A stretch of 63,871 nucleotides of DNA, filler included, from Octopus bimaculoides (Eukaryota): the NCBI RefSeq assembly GCF_001194135.2. It is 5 parts of 4 records of this genome, joined end to end, with 100 filler letters (N's around TTAATTAATTAA, not from the genome) between each part and the next. Parts side by side here need not be neighbours in the genome. Positions count along the whole stretch, not along the records: positions 26,993 to 44,317 come from NC_068985.1; positions 44,418 to 57,692 come from NC_068981.1; 3 more parts are not named here. One strand, given 5' to 3'. Every line of letters starts with the position of its first letter. Positions within the stretch are counted from its first letter, which is position 1. Made by a program: the position numbers and the translations under genes. Shown here piece by piece: positions 38,565 through 50,889 of this stretch. The notes under the pieces were generated by a model. It ran no database searches. It was not told the DNA's origin and worked only from the letters and a program-made list of their open reading frames with translations.

Positions 38565-39251
38565 AGCTTCAAAAGCAATGTGTAATTTGTATGAAATGTC
38601 TATTTCCTTGGCATTCTTGGATATCAGATATATAAACAATATTGTTACTTTGGATTTCCCGAAAATCAGGCTGACATTTCCGAAAATAATTTTTCAAACG
38701 TCACTTACAATAAACATTTCCAAGCATGGTAAGATGTAAGAAACTTTTTGTCCACAAAGTGAAAAGTTACTTAACATGTCTGAAATTCAACGATGTACAA
38801 ATGAAAAGATGTAAGGAATAAATAAATATATTTTGCAGATAATCGGATGAATAGCATAATATAAAGAACAAACAATGAGAATGAACGTCATTGGTAAGTT
38901 TAACTGCCTGAAAAAGATTTTAAATACCGTGGAAATGTATGTTTTGCTAAACAGAATAAGATATTGCATCCTGTATACGTAAAACGAAATATCGAATATT
39001 ATAATGTCTTCCAGCAAAAATCATTGGTTGGAGCAATTGTCTGAAGAGCAACTTATTAATACCTAATACATGTTATTTTATTAATTTCGCTGAAAATATC
39101 CCAACATACATATAAATTTATAATTTCCATCATAACTATATGAAATTGCAATTCACGACCTGAGATGTAAATTATATATTTTAACAAAATAAAAATGGAG
39201 AAGATACAAATGATGAAGAAAGAGGTAAAAGCAACGGATAACAGTGGTGGT

Positions 39252-39265
39252 GTTGCCATGGAGAC
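39252..39265 (+). promoter_or_regulatory. RFX X-box-like motif
   Basis: GTTGCCATGGAGAC matches the GTTGCCATGG(C/A)(A/G)AC X-box pattern and lies in unique sequence. Confidence 0.35.
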
Positions 39266-39639
39266 TGCTAACGATTCCCGTTGCAGTATCCACTCTACCT
39301 TGTTAGGGTCCTTTATTTGAGGAGCCCCACTATCCTTATTGTGTGGAGGAAATCGGTAGTACGGTTCCTAGAAGATGCCGACAACCGGCACTAAGTTATA
39401 AAAGGATGTCAGCCTCCTATAGTTATTGTTTTTACTCACAGCGCTATAAAAATTTCATATCGATTCTACTTGGACCTATGCAACTGGTCAAAACAGGAAG
39501 AATTGTAAGAACGTATGTAAATGTCAGTATAGTCTAGAATAAATTGTGTCGTAATTGTATACCGAAGAATATTATTTTTCATTTCACATTTTGAAGATAG
39601 ATTAATTGTCGTTACTGAATACTAGTTCAAAACTATATA

Positions 39640-40386
39640 TCAGGTGGCATCTAAACGTTACCGGACTGGTTTTGTTTAATAAAAATTATCTTATTTATCT
39701 AAGTTTGGAAATCATCCCCTTCGAAATAGTCAACATGCGCAATAATACACCGGTCTCAGAGCACCTGCCACTTTTGGAATCCAGCTTGAAAGTCGTTTTC
39801 GCGAGAAACGCACGAGCGAGGAAAGATTGGTTAGAAGATGCATTGTCGTCGTCAAGAATCCAAGTTTTCGCGTTCCGCATATCCGGTTACTTTGCCAATC
39901 GTCCACCCTTAACTGCTTTAAAATATCGCAGTAAAATTCTCTATTGACAGTCTGTCTCTGGAGGACAAATAGTCGATGCACAATAATCAAATTTCCGGGA
40001 ATAACGCTCATTGCAGTTCTTTCAGATCGTTTATCGTTTTCCAGGGACGTTATCCGCATTTGAAGCATCTGTGACACACGAAACATCGCGGATGATTGTT
40101 TTGCCTCGTCATCGTAAGCTTGCTGAAGCACAATCAATGTCTCTGTTTAACACAAAATTTCACATTGTTATTTTGTTCCTATCCATTACGAAAATCTTAA
40201 ACTACAGCATACATGTAGTCACAAAAGCAAAAATTTTACAACTTGCGAAGAATAAACTCAGCGATGTCATTCGCAACACTGTACCAGGAAAGCCAGTGTT
40301 ACTTCCCTTTACACACGCAACGATGCCTTGCTATCTATTGGCGTGCTACAGAACTAGACCGGTAACACCTCCTATAACACCTCCTA
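39640..40386 (-). mobile_element. Internally deleted mariner element (irritans-like)
   Basis: NVKFCV..LIVLQQAYDDEA (HTH) is joined to IVHRLFVLQRQTVNREFYCDILK; imperfect TIR remnants gttaccggactggttttgt / gttaccggtctagttctgt. Confidence 0.75.
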
Positions 40387-40626
40387 TATCACAAACTTGA
40401 TTTATGAAATCAGTAATTCTAAGAGAAAAAGTCTTTTCTATGAAATATGTATATTTATATATATGTAACAAGCTTGGTGTTACGCTTACAAACTTTGAAG
40501 ATAATGATTTCATAGTGAGTGGAGAATGCAGTTGATATTTTAAACTGGAAATATTAAAATATCCCTTGGAAAGTAACTGCATATATGTGTAAGTGTGTGT
40601 GAGTGTGTGTGTGCGCGTGTGTGTAT

Positions 40627-40667
<41 letters not shown>

Positions 40668-41593
40668 GTACATACACACACACAGACACACATTATATAT
40701 ATATATATATATATATANNNNNNNNNNNNNNNNNNNNNNNNNNNNNNNNNNNNNNNNNNNNNNNNNNNNNNNNNNNNNNNNNNNNNNNNNNNNNNNNNNN
40801 NNNNNNNNNNNNNNNNNNNNNNNNNNNNNNNNNNNNNNNNNNNNNNNNNNNNNNNNNNNNNNNNNNNNNNNNNNNNNNNNNNNNNNNNNNNNNNNNNNNN
40901 NNNNNNNNNNNNNNNNNNNNNNNNNNNNNNNNNNNNNNNNNNNNNNNNNNNNNNNNNNNNNNNNNNNNNNNNNNNNNNNNNNNNNNNNNNNNNNNNNNNN
41001 NNNNNNNNNNNNNNNNNNNNNNNNNNNNNNNNNNNNNNNNNNNNNNNNNNNNNNNNNNNNNNNNNNNNNNNNNNNNNNNNNNNNNNNNNNNNNNNNNNNN
41101 NNNNNNNNNNNNNNNNNNNNNNNNNNNNNNNNNNNNNNNNNNNNNNNNNNNNNNNNNNNNNNNNNNNNNNNNNNNNNNNNNNNNNNNNNNNNNNNNNNNN
41201 NNNNNNNNNNNNNNNNNNNNNNNNNNNNNNNNNNNNNNNNNNNNNNNNNNNNNNNNNNNNNNNNNNNNNNNNNNNNNNNNNNNNNNNNNNNNNNNNNNNN
41301 NNNNNNNNNNNNNNNNNNNNNNNNNNNNNNNNNNNNNNNNNNNNNNNNNNNNNNNNNNNNNNNNNNNNNNNNNNNNNNNNNNGGGGACACTGCTGACCTC
41401 CCCTGTTCGAAGGTTATAAAGGACACAGGTTTCGTTTGTCACATAGCTAGCTAGAGGCGATGGCTTCTTGGAGCTAATTCACGGCAGCTTTCGTCCTAAT
41501 TTTGGGACTGCCATGTTGGCTTGGCGATAACTATTAATTTCCAGTACCGCTGCCGTAGTCTCCTTTAGAGAGACTTAGAAATATTAATAACTC

Positions 41594-41630
<37 letters not shown>

Positions 41631-43144
41631 TTATATATATATATGTATATAATGTTTGTATGTATATAATATGTGTATGCATGCATGTAGGCATGTGTGT
41701 ATATAATATGTGTGTATGTGCGAGTGTTGTTTAAGTGTCTGTGCGCGCTTATATATTGATTTCATGTCTCCAATATGTAGTAACATCGTGCCTTTAGATT
41801 AGGAAATTTTCCGTATCAGTTTAATTAATTTCTTTATATTTACCTACGACACCTTACGTTTGCAACTATCTCTAAGAGAAACATAAGGAAATTGATTCTT
41901 CCTTCAAAATAAATGAAGATTTAAAAAAAAAATACGATGCTTTTTTGGGATTCCCGTATATTAACCATCAGTAATTAATGGATCAAAGTAAATAAAGAAT
42001 TCTGACATATAATGATAATGAAATGCCAATTATATCAATATGTAAATTCTGTCATAAAATGATAAGCAACATTAAAAGCTCTGAAGATTTATGTTAGTTT
42101 GAGTTATCTAAAGTTACATATATATTAAAGAAATGAAACGGGAATAATATCGGGTAATTAAATCTGTCCAACATGGCCCAATTTCTCTCTCCCTCATGCC
42201 ATATCTCACTCTCGGTCTCCCCATTCTCTCTTCCTATCTCTGTAACATACATGATGACTATATTTGTGATTATATCGCATACAATGTAAACATGCATGTA
42301 TATAAAAATTGACATTTCAACATTATACGTTTCTGCATCTCAGCCATATTCTAGTACGGCTCAAAATATTTGATGAAAATCTAAAATTACATTGCAAAAA
42401 GAACATTGATTCTTGAATCAGTTGCAAATATGATAAGACACAATGGACTAACATACAAACACACAGACACATATAGACGGACAGATACATAAACAAACAC
42501 ACACAGACAGAAAACCATGCACGCACACACACACAAAATCACACACTCATGTGCATATATATATATATATATATATGCACATGAGTATGTGATGTTGTGT
42601 GTGCGTGCATGTTTATATATATATATATAAACTAAATATTAAACTGAATATTAAAAATAGTAATTCTTTCACACAACACAGAAGGGTTCAGTATCTTGAG
42701 CAATAATATCAAAATTCAATAATGGAAGACAGATATATACGGAAAGATAGATAGATAGATAGATAGATATATAGATAGATAGAAACGTTTCTTTATTAGC
42801 CACACAGGGCTCAACATAGAGGGGACAAAATACAAATGTAGAGTTTTTCTTTTCGATGGGGACGAACATAAATTAAAAAAATAAAATAAAATGAAAAGAC
42901 ATCGAGAAAACTTTTGGGGTATGTACAAAAAAAAAAAGATATGTAGATAGATGCATACATAGATACGTAGATAGACAGACAGACACAAAGACACACAAAC
43001 ATATAGATANNNNNNNNNNAAGATATGTAGATAGATGCATACATAGATACGTAGATAGACAGACAGACACAAAGACACACAAACATATAGATACAAACAT
43101 ATATAATATAGATAAGTTTCGATAGGTATTTCTATGTATGTAAC

Positions 43145-43176
<32 letters not shown>

Positions 43177-43248
43177 TGTATGTATGCATGCATGTATGTA
43201 TGTATGTATGCATGTATGTATGTATGTATTTAAGTATAAATTAATATA

Positions 43249-43465
43249 TAGAGAAATGCTGAAAAATTCTTGGCGTTGAGTATGTCGCGAAAAGCCTGGT
43301 TGGGGCTCAAGCATCCTAGTTCTAATAAAAGGCTTTAAAAATACTGAAGGACCACTTCAATAGCATTCTGAATCTGAAGTGGAAATATAACGAATAAAAC
43401 CATAACTAATCGATCTTCCTGTGTTTTCTTTTAACCGAAGGCAGGAAGTTTTCAGTTTGCTCTCA
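43249..43465. mobile_element. Mariner-derived MITE, diverged copy 2
   Basis: Colinear with 17244-17460 (ctgaaaaattcttggc...actgaaggac...gcaggaagttttcagtttgctctca|TA). Confidence 0.7.
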
Positions 43466-44417
43466 TATATCTCGATGTATATGTGTATGTGTGTATGTAT
43501 GTATGTATGTATGCATGTATGTATGTATGTATGTAATGTATGTATGTAATGTATGCATGTATGTATGTATGTATATATGTATGCATGTATATATTCACTG
43601 CATATGTATGTATATATTCACAAGGCAACATTCTAGCAAACTTTTGAAACCAATACAATTCAGGAGTGTGAGACATTCCGTCCTGCATTTTTGGCATTAT
43701 CAATTACTTCACCGTGGCATTCTAAGACATAAAGAATCAAAGTAGTTGCGCAATTATACACAGAATATTTAACAATCGTCTATAAAGATAAAAAACCTAT
43801 GGATGGTTTAGCAGAAAGTGCATAAAATATATCAGTTTGGTTATTCGTACGTCAAACTAGGAGAACATGCTTCCGAATAGCAGAATACATAAACGTGCGC
43901 TTAAGAATACAGATCCGTAAATGTATTCGAATATGCTGATTAAAATGCGGAGTCCTGTAAATGCAGAATCTGCATAAAAATAAAAGTTCCAATGAAAATT
44001 TATTGAATCCACACTTATACACACACACTCGAAACTCACTCGCACACACACACAAACACACTCACACACGCATACTCACAAGTGCATATATATGTGTGTG
44101 TTTATATATATATGTATGTATTTATGTGCCTATGCATACGAAGGTGTGTCCTATGTGACTATGAATTTGTAGTTATATATACCTGAAAATGTGTGCGTCT
44201 CTCAAAGCTCACATAAACACACATGGACATAGTTTACGTAAATATATGTGTGTGTATACGTATATATACACGCAATACATGCATATACATATACATACAT
44301 ATATATATATATATATANNNNNNNNNNNNNNNNNNNNNNNNNNNNNNNNNNNNNNNNNNNNTTAATTAATTAANNNNNNNNNNNNNNNNNNNNNNNNNNN
44401 NNNNNNNNNNNNNNNNN

Positions 44418-44618
44418 GTGAGCAAAAATCTCGAGAAGTACATGGAACAAATAGGGGTTGCAATAAGGGTGGTGCACTTGCAGAAAACAGCACTGCTTGG
44501 AACCGCTCGAATACTCTGGATGGTGCTCGAAAAATAAGAGGTGTTACCTTAGTTCACTGGTAGTGAACAGCTGACACTGTAATACATCGCCAGCGTTAGA
44601 AGCTGTGCAAAGGCAATA

Positions 44619-44665
<47 letters not shown>
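44418..44665 (+). pseudogene. R4/Dong LINE 3' end with 3' UTR and (TAA)n tail
   Basis: SKNLEKYMEQIGVAIRVVHLQKTALLGTARILWMVLEK*. Confidence 0.85.
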
Positions 44666-44669
<4 letters not shown>

Positions 44670-44734
44670 GACGACAACGATGATGATGAGGAGGAGGAGG
44701 AGGAGGAGGATAATGATGATGATGATGATGATAG

Positions 44735-45022
44735 AGGTAACTTGAGTGTGGAGTCTAAAAACAGAAACAATTCCTATCATAGAAGATGCATTAGATATGA
44801 TAAAAAAAAATATTCAGACAAATGCATAACAAAAACACCAGGACTAAAAAGTGTATATAACATACAGACACCACACACATCCTAAGTAAAACATTTTCAA
44901 TACAGAATAACTAAAAGCATCACAACAAACCACAGCACATACCCAAGGCACACAGAAATGTACTCAGTAGTGCAGTGAAAGCACATAATAAAAATAAGAT
45001 TACTGAATAATAATAATAATAA
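44735..45022 (+). pseudogene. R4/Dong LINE 3' end, second subfamily
   Basis: Colinear with 62030-62280 (aaaccacagcacatacccaagg...actgaataataat). Confidence 0.8.
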
Positions 45023-45024
45023 TG

Positions 45025-45590
45025 ATACAGTACCAGGCAGGGGCTCTCATGGCTTCTGATCTTAACTGATTGGAAGTGTTATCATGTACATTGTTCCGTC
45101 TTGGTATAAAAGATGGGCTACAGCAAATATTCTGCTCAATACCACAGATTTACTCGTCAGTTCTTTGACCTTAGCCAGTTAAGCACGTCTCTTAGTGGCT
45201 GACGATATGTGCATCTCTGATCCCAATCAGAAGTTGTGGGGGAGCATCATAGCCATGTGTTGAGAGGAATTCTTTGGGGTTTGAATAATTCACCTTTAGA
45301 AACATGGGTGTTTTATTCAACAGCCTTAAACAACCTTTATTCAGGGACCTTTTGAGTGGGGTGGGCTACTCGACATGAAGAAAATTCTAATTGGGCTCCA
45401 CCTGCTAGGTCATATGCTGTTTATCTTGATATGAGATCACCATGTTGCGCACATATGGCTGTGATGCATGTGCCTGGTGTACCCTTATCAGACAGGTAGT
45501 CATAATGGGTATACTGAGCTTTGTATATTTTACTCCAGTGTGACTTTGATGGCATGCACTGCTCTCTCACTCAATAACAATAATAATAAT
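45025..45590 (+). mobile_element. Repeat family C, longest copy, (TAA)n on both sides
   Basis: Matches 13720-14085. Confidence 0.75.
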
Positions 45591-45593
45591 CTC

Positions 45594-45693
45594 GTTGAAA
45601 CTGATGCTAAAGCTCATTGAAAACTGATGCTAAAGCCCATTGAACACCGATGCTAAAGCTCATTGAAAATCAATGCAAAAGCTCATTGAAAAC
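45594..45693 (+). repeat. 23-bp minisatellite, about 4.3 copies
   Basis: Unit attgaaaactgatgctaaagctc. Confidence 0.9.
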
Positions 45694-45699
45694 CATGAG

Positions 45700-45940
45700 A
45701 GATGTAAGAAGCTTCATTCTGTTATGAAGGAGAGCAAAAAATTTCAAGTGAGTTTATGCATAATACTCACGTTGAACAGCATGATGGAAGCGCAGCAACT
45801 GTAGTTGCAAAGAAGATTAAATCAATAACAAAACAAAATGTGTTTGAACAATTGGCTGATAGGTGGAGACAAAAACTGCATGGTAAATATGTCATCCTTA
45901 GCAAACAAGCTAATATAAACCAGAAGCACACCTATCAGTG
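45700..45940 (+). pseudogene. R4/Dong LINE fragment between RT and the zinc knuckle
   Basis: LADRWRQKLHGKY...NINQKHTYQW. Confidence 0.7.
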
Positions 45941-45944
45941 GTGT

Positions 45945-46235
45945 TCATCATCTTTAAACAAACCTTATTCAGGGATCTTTTGAATGGGATGGGCTACACA
46001 CCATCATCGTCATCACTTAATGTCCATTGTCCAGAGCTGGCAAGCTACACCTGACTCAAACTGAAGAAAATTCTAACTGGGCTGCACTTATCTTGATATG
46101 AGATCATCATGTAGTGCACATATGGTTGTGATGCATGTGCTTGGTGTACCTTATCATGCAGAGCAGTCATGATGGGTGTAATGCACCCCAGTGTCACCTT
46201 GATGACATGCATTGCTCTCTCACTCAATAATATCA
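45945..46235 (+). mobile_element. Repeat family C, 3' part
   Basis: ttatcttgatatgagatca.catgt...gtgatgcatgtgc. Confidence 0.7.
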
Positions 46236-46619
46236 CAATTATGTTGAAAGCATTTTTATTCAACCTCACTACCAGCAGCTTTTATCAAAGATTTGGACTT
46301 TAACACTACAAGAAAACAGTTGTATGTGGATCAGTGCTTTCAGTGTTAGAAGAAGATAGTAAGCAAGAGTGATTGTTAAGTTGGAGACAACCAACAATTC
46401 AAGAATAGACTTCATGAAAGTTAGTAAACCCATAAAACTGAAATTCCTTTCTATAAAAAAATTATGAAAACATCGTTAGTAACTGCCTATCAGCCATAAA
46501 AAAGTGTGAAATATATCCTTCATATATTTATTTCTAAATATCAATGATGATCTCAAAGAATGCTTTTTCACTTTTAGCTAGTCTAATTTCAATAATACAT
46601 TTTTTCATACATTGTTTGT

Positions 46620-46774
46620 TTCTTTCAGTGTGTGTGTTGTGTGTGTGTGTGTGTATGTGTGTGTCTGTGTGTGTGTGCGTGTGTGTGTATGTGTGTCTGT
46701 GTATATACATATAGATGTATGTATGTGTATATATGTGTGTGTGTGTGTGTGTGTGATATGTGTGTGTGTGTGTG

Positions 46775-46808
<34 letters not shown>

Positions 46809-46890
46809 TGTATGTATGTATGTATGTATATATAGATATAGATAGATACATACATACATACATACATACATACATACATACATACATACA
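46620..46890. repeat. (TG)n/(TATG)n/(CATA)n compound microsatellite
   Basis: Direct inspection. Confidence 0.9.
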
Positions 46891-47344
46891 AAACTATTCA
46901 GTGATTTGTTAAAGGTGTTACTATTTTGGTTCCTTTCTTCTCACTTGTGGAGTATCACATACTTCAGTTTTAAGATTTCTGCGATTAAATACTTATTGCT
47001 GTTCAATACTTGTTTTCCTGAAATTTTGCTGATTAACCACTTGTTTTAAAGTGTTATGATAGATATATATATACATACTTACATACATATATACATCTCT
47101 CTTTCTCTCTTTCTCTCTCTCTCTATATTATATATATATACATATATAGACTGTCATCTATAATATAATATAAAGCTATGCATCCAAAGAGAAAGATTAA
47201 ATACCAAAATGTCTGAGACAAATTGCTGTTATTAAGCTTATAATTCTCTGGACTATTAACCTCATCTTTAGTGTATATTTAAGCATACCCCTACAGCTAT
47301 ATTTTGATTGGTTCAATATCAGCAATATCCTTTTCAATAATTGG

Positions 47345-47900
47345 GGTTCATCATTATCATCATCATCATCGTTTTACATCCCCTTTCCATGCTGGCATGG
47401 GTTGGATGGTTTGACTGAGGACTGGTGAGCCAGAGGCTGCACCAGGCTGAATCTGATCTGGCAAAGGTTCTACAGCTAGATGCCCTTCCTAATGCCAACC
47501 ACTCTGAGAGTGTAGTGAGTACATTAACGTGCCACTGGCACGAGAGCCAGTCAGGCGGTTCTGGCAACGACCATACTCAAAAGGTGTTTTTATGTGCTAC
47601 CTGCACAGAAGCCAGTCCAGTGGCACTGGCATCGACCATGCTCGTATATTGTTTTTCACGTGCCACCAGCACATGTGCCTGTAAAGTGACAGTGGCAATG
47701 ATCACTGGCATGGGAGCCAATCCGTGGCCCTGGCAACAATCACGCTCGGATGTGCGTTTAACATTCCACTGGCATGAGTGCCAATCAGGTGGTACTGTCA
47801 TCAGCCACGTCAGCGATTTTGATTTGTTTACACTTGCCTCAATAGGTCTTCGCAAGCAAATTTCATTGTCCAATGAATGCGGGGTACTCATATGTGGGCC
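47345..47900 (-). mobile_element. RTE LINE 3' UTR
   Basis: Colinear with 26037-26440. Confidence 0.8.
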
Positions 47901-47924
47901 AGTTACACCCACCTTTGGGGTGTA

Positions 47925-48075
47925 TAGGTGTAGGCATGGGTGTGTGATGAAAAGCTTGCTTCCCAAACACATGGTCCTGGTTTCAGTCCCACTGCATGGC
48001 TCCTTGGGCAAGTGTCTTCTACTATAGCCTTGGGCTATGGATTTGGTAGACAGAAACTGAAAGAAGCCTGTTGCA
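47925..48075 (+). mobile_element. tRNA-headed SINE 5' half
   Basis: gcttgcttcccaaacacatggtcctggtttcagtcccactgc...gggcaagtgtcttctactatagcc. Confidence 0.75.
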
Positions 48076-48536
48076 TATATATTCATATGCATATACATAT
48101 ATATATATATATATGCCTTCAAAACGCGGAGTAGATGGAACAGGGACAACTGAAGAAGGGAAATATTCTTTATGCTGCATGTTTCGTTTTCCTNNNNNNN
48201 NNNNNNNNNNNNNNNNNNNNNNNNNNNNNNNNNNNNNNNNNNNNNNNNNNNNNNNNNNNNNNNNNNNNNNNNNNNNNNNNNNNNNNNNNNNNNNNNNNNN
48301 NNNNNNNNNNNNNNNNNNNNNNNNNNNNNNNNNNNNNNNNNNNNNNNNNNNNNNNNNNNNNNNNNNNNNNNNNNNNNNNNNNNNNNNNNNNNNNNNNNNN
48401 NNNNNNNNNNNNNNNNNNNNNNNNNNNNNNNNNNNNNNNNNNNNNNNNNNNNNNNNNNNNNNNNNNNNNNNNNNNNNNNNNNNNNNNNNNNNNNNNNNNN
48501 NNNNNNNNNNNNNNNNNNNNNNNNNNNNNNNNNNNN

Positions 48537-48589
<53 letters not shown>

Positions 48590-48594
<5 letters not shown>

Positions 48595-49395
48595 GATGCA
48601 TTCCAGAAGTTTTGAGACCTTTTTAGGAGAGGCACTTATAACTGTCCTAGATTATTGCAATACATCTAATAAATTGACATGGCAATCTTTGTTTTTGATT
48701 CCACATTGAAGGAGATGACTGTAACATTTTGAACACACCTTACTAAACACTGCTTGTTACAACTTATGAGTTGGCAGAATACAGTCAGGACATGGAAGCA
48801 ATTTGTAAGCTCACTATGCAATAAAATTTTGTATTAAACTGGGCAAAAATGCTACTGACACTTATGATATGCTTCAGACTTCTTGTATGAGCCAAGCATC
48901 TGTTTTATGCTGGCATAAGAGGCCAGACAAAGCAAGTCCACCAGAAGCTCATGATGATTCCCTTTTTCAACATCAAAGGTATCATCTTCATCCACTGGGT
49001 TCCCTCAAGCCAGTTGGTCAACAAAGAGTACATTGTGGAAGTTTAGAGGGAGTTCAAGAAGAGACTTCATCACAAAAGGCCAGAGCACTTGCATGAGAGC
49101 AATGCACCAGTTCACAACTCCACTTTCATACTTGACAGAAATGGGCATCAAAACTATCCCTCACCCTCCCTATAGTTCAGACATTGCTCCCTGTGACTTT
49201 TGATTGTTCCCCAAGTTGAAGGAAAAGATGAAATGATCCTGAGCACCTTCACTTTGAAGGACTTCTACTGTGCCTTCACAAAGTGGCTAGAATACTAGAA
49301 CAAGTGCATTGAAGCCAGAAGATCCTACTTTGAAGCAGATTAGAGTTTTGTACTTCTTTGAAATTGGTAAATGTATCTCTTGAATGCACCTCATA
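48590..49395 (+). mobile_element. Internally deleted mariner element (irritans-like)
   Basis: AIKFCIKLGKNATDTYDMLQ; GIIFIHWVP; IPHPPYSSDIAPCDF*LFPKLK; ends caagatgcattcca / ttgaatgcacctca|TA. Confidence 0.85.
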
Positions 49396-49769
49396 TATCA
49401 TGTAATATATACAGGATTTAAATTTGAGCTACTATTAGTTTCATAATGAGAAAACACAAAAGTCTGCATTATGGGCCATGTGTTTCTAAGCAATTTTTCA
49501 GAAACAAATATACAATATGGTAGGTCTTTTTTTTGAAAAGATGAGAAAGGACACTGGTCATTAGAAAAAAGGGAGAAAGGATGCTGGTCTTTGAGAAAAC
49601 ATGGCAAAGGACAAGAGGAAGGTAAAAGAAATAAAAGGAATGAGAGAAAAAAAAAGAGAAAATTTAGAGTTTCTTCCTTTTGACCCATTTGAATCAGAAT
49701 TAATATGGTTGGTGTAAATTAATTCAAAGGGGAGAGGGTTAAAGTGTGTGAGACTGCATGCTTAATCTG

Positions 49770-50110
49770 GAAAGGGTAGTGCTCTCCAGTTCAACAAAAG
49801 AAATTTGTCCATATGTTTACATTTAATAAAAGTTTCAGATCCAGTATTTAGTAGGTCCATAGAGTTCTTAGGTTTAAAAAAAATATGAGATCTCTCAACT
49901 AAACAAAGCTTGCATCTCTTTGATCAACTAACACTTAGCATGGATCACTACACAATGCTTCATTCGATGGTGTATAATGTGTATTTGGCCTTCAAATCCC
50001 AAATATGGTTTGCTAACTTTGTGGCTTTCATCTTATCCACATGTTAGAAAAAGACTGGTGGTTAGCAAATTTTTTTCAAATCACATTTTGCAAATACCAG
50101 TGTACTTTTA
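49770..50110 (-). pseudogene. Penelope-like GIY-YIG C-terminal remnant (absent from the ORF track)
   Basis: YTGICK..FEKKFANHQSF...ATKLANHIWDLK..YTIE*SIV...KRCKLCLVERSHI...LLNTGSETFIKCKHMDKFLL. Confidence 0.75.
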
Positions 50111-50157
50111 CTTTTGAGGAAGAAGGCGAAGATATCAGTTTAACATAAGTTTAATAC

Positions 50158-50368
50158 TGGTTTCAAATTTTGGTACAAGGTCAGTGATTTCAGAGAGAAG
50201 GTAGGTCAATTACATCGATACCAATACTAAACTGGTACTTATTTTATCAACACCCAGAAGGATGAAAAACAAAATCAACCTCAGTGACACGTGACTCAGA
50301 ACATAAAGACAGATGAAATGCACTAAGCATTTTGCCCAAAATGCTAACAGTTCTACCAGCTCACTGCT
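50158..50368 (-). mobile_element. SINE family A
   Basis: aaactggtacttattttatcaac...gaaggatgaaa...ctcagaac...aagcattttgccc. Confidence 0.75.
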
Positions 50369-50889
50369 TTAGTATAAATTTGATACTGGTTACAATTATT
50401 TCAGTGCTATTCTGCTTCAAACCACATTATATATAAATGGTTTTATGTGTGACAATTTACACAAGACTTGTATAAATTTACATATAGTTGAGTAGTGAGG
50501 TGTGACACCTTATCAGATGCTTACCAATGCAGCTATTATACATATGTGATAAAAGGTGCTGGCTATTGGTTATATATAGGGGAAAAAGGAAAACAATAGT
50601 AATATCAATAATAACACAAAGAGCATTAAAAAACCTTGGACAGTAATAAAAGTACAATGGAGAGTGACAAACCAATACTTGTAACAGTATTAAAAATAAC
50701 AGCAGCCATGACAACAACATTATCAATAGAATTAAGAGGAAAATGATAACAACAACAACAACAGCAGCAATAGCTACAACAATAACAGCTACAACAATAA
50801 TTGTTATTACTATTGTATCATATTGTTAAGGTAGTGAGCTGGCAGAATTGTTAGCACACTGGGCAAAATGCTTAGTGGCATTTCATCTA

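Noticed and set aside
42938-43092. Exact 70-bp tandem duplication
   Set aside because: The copies flank a 10-N gap, typical of unmerged overlapping contig ends.
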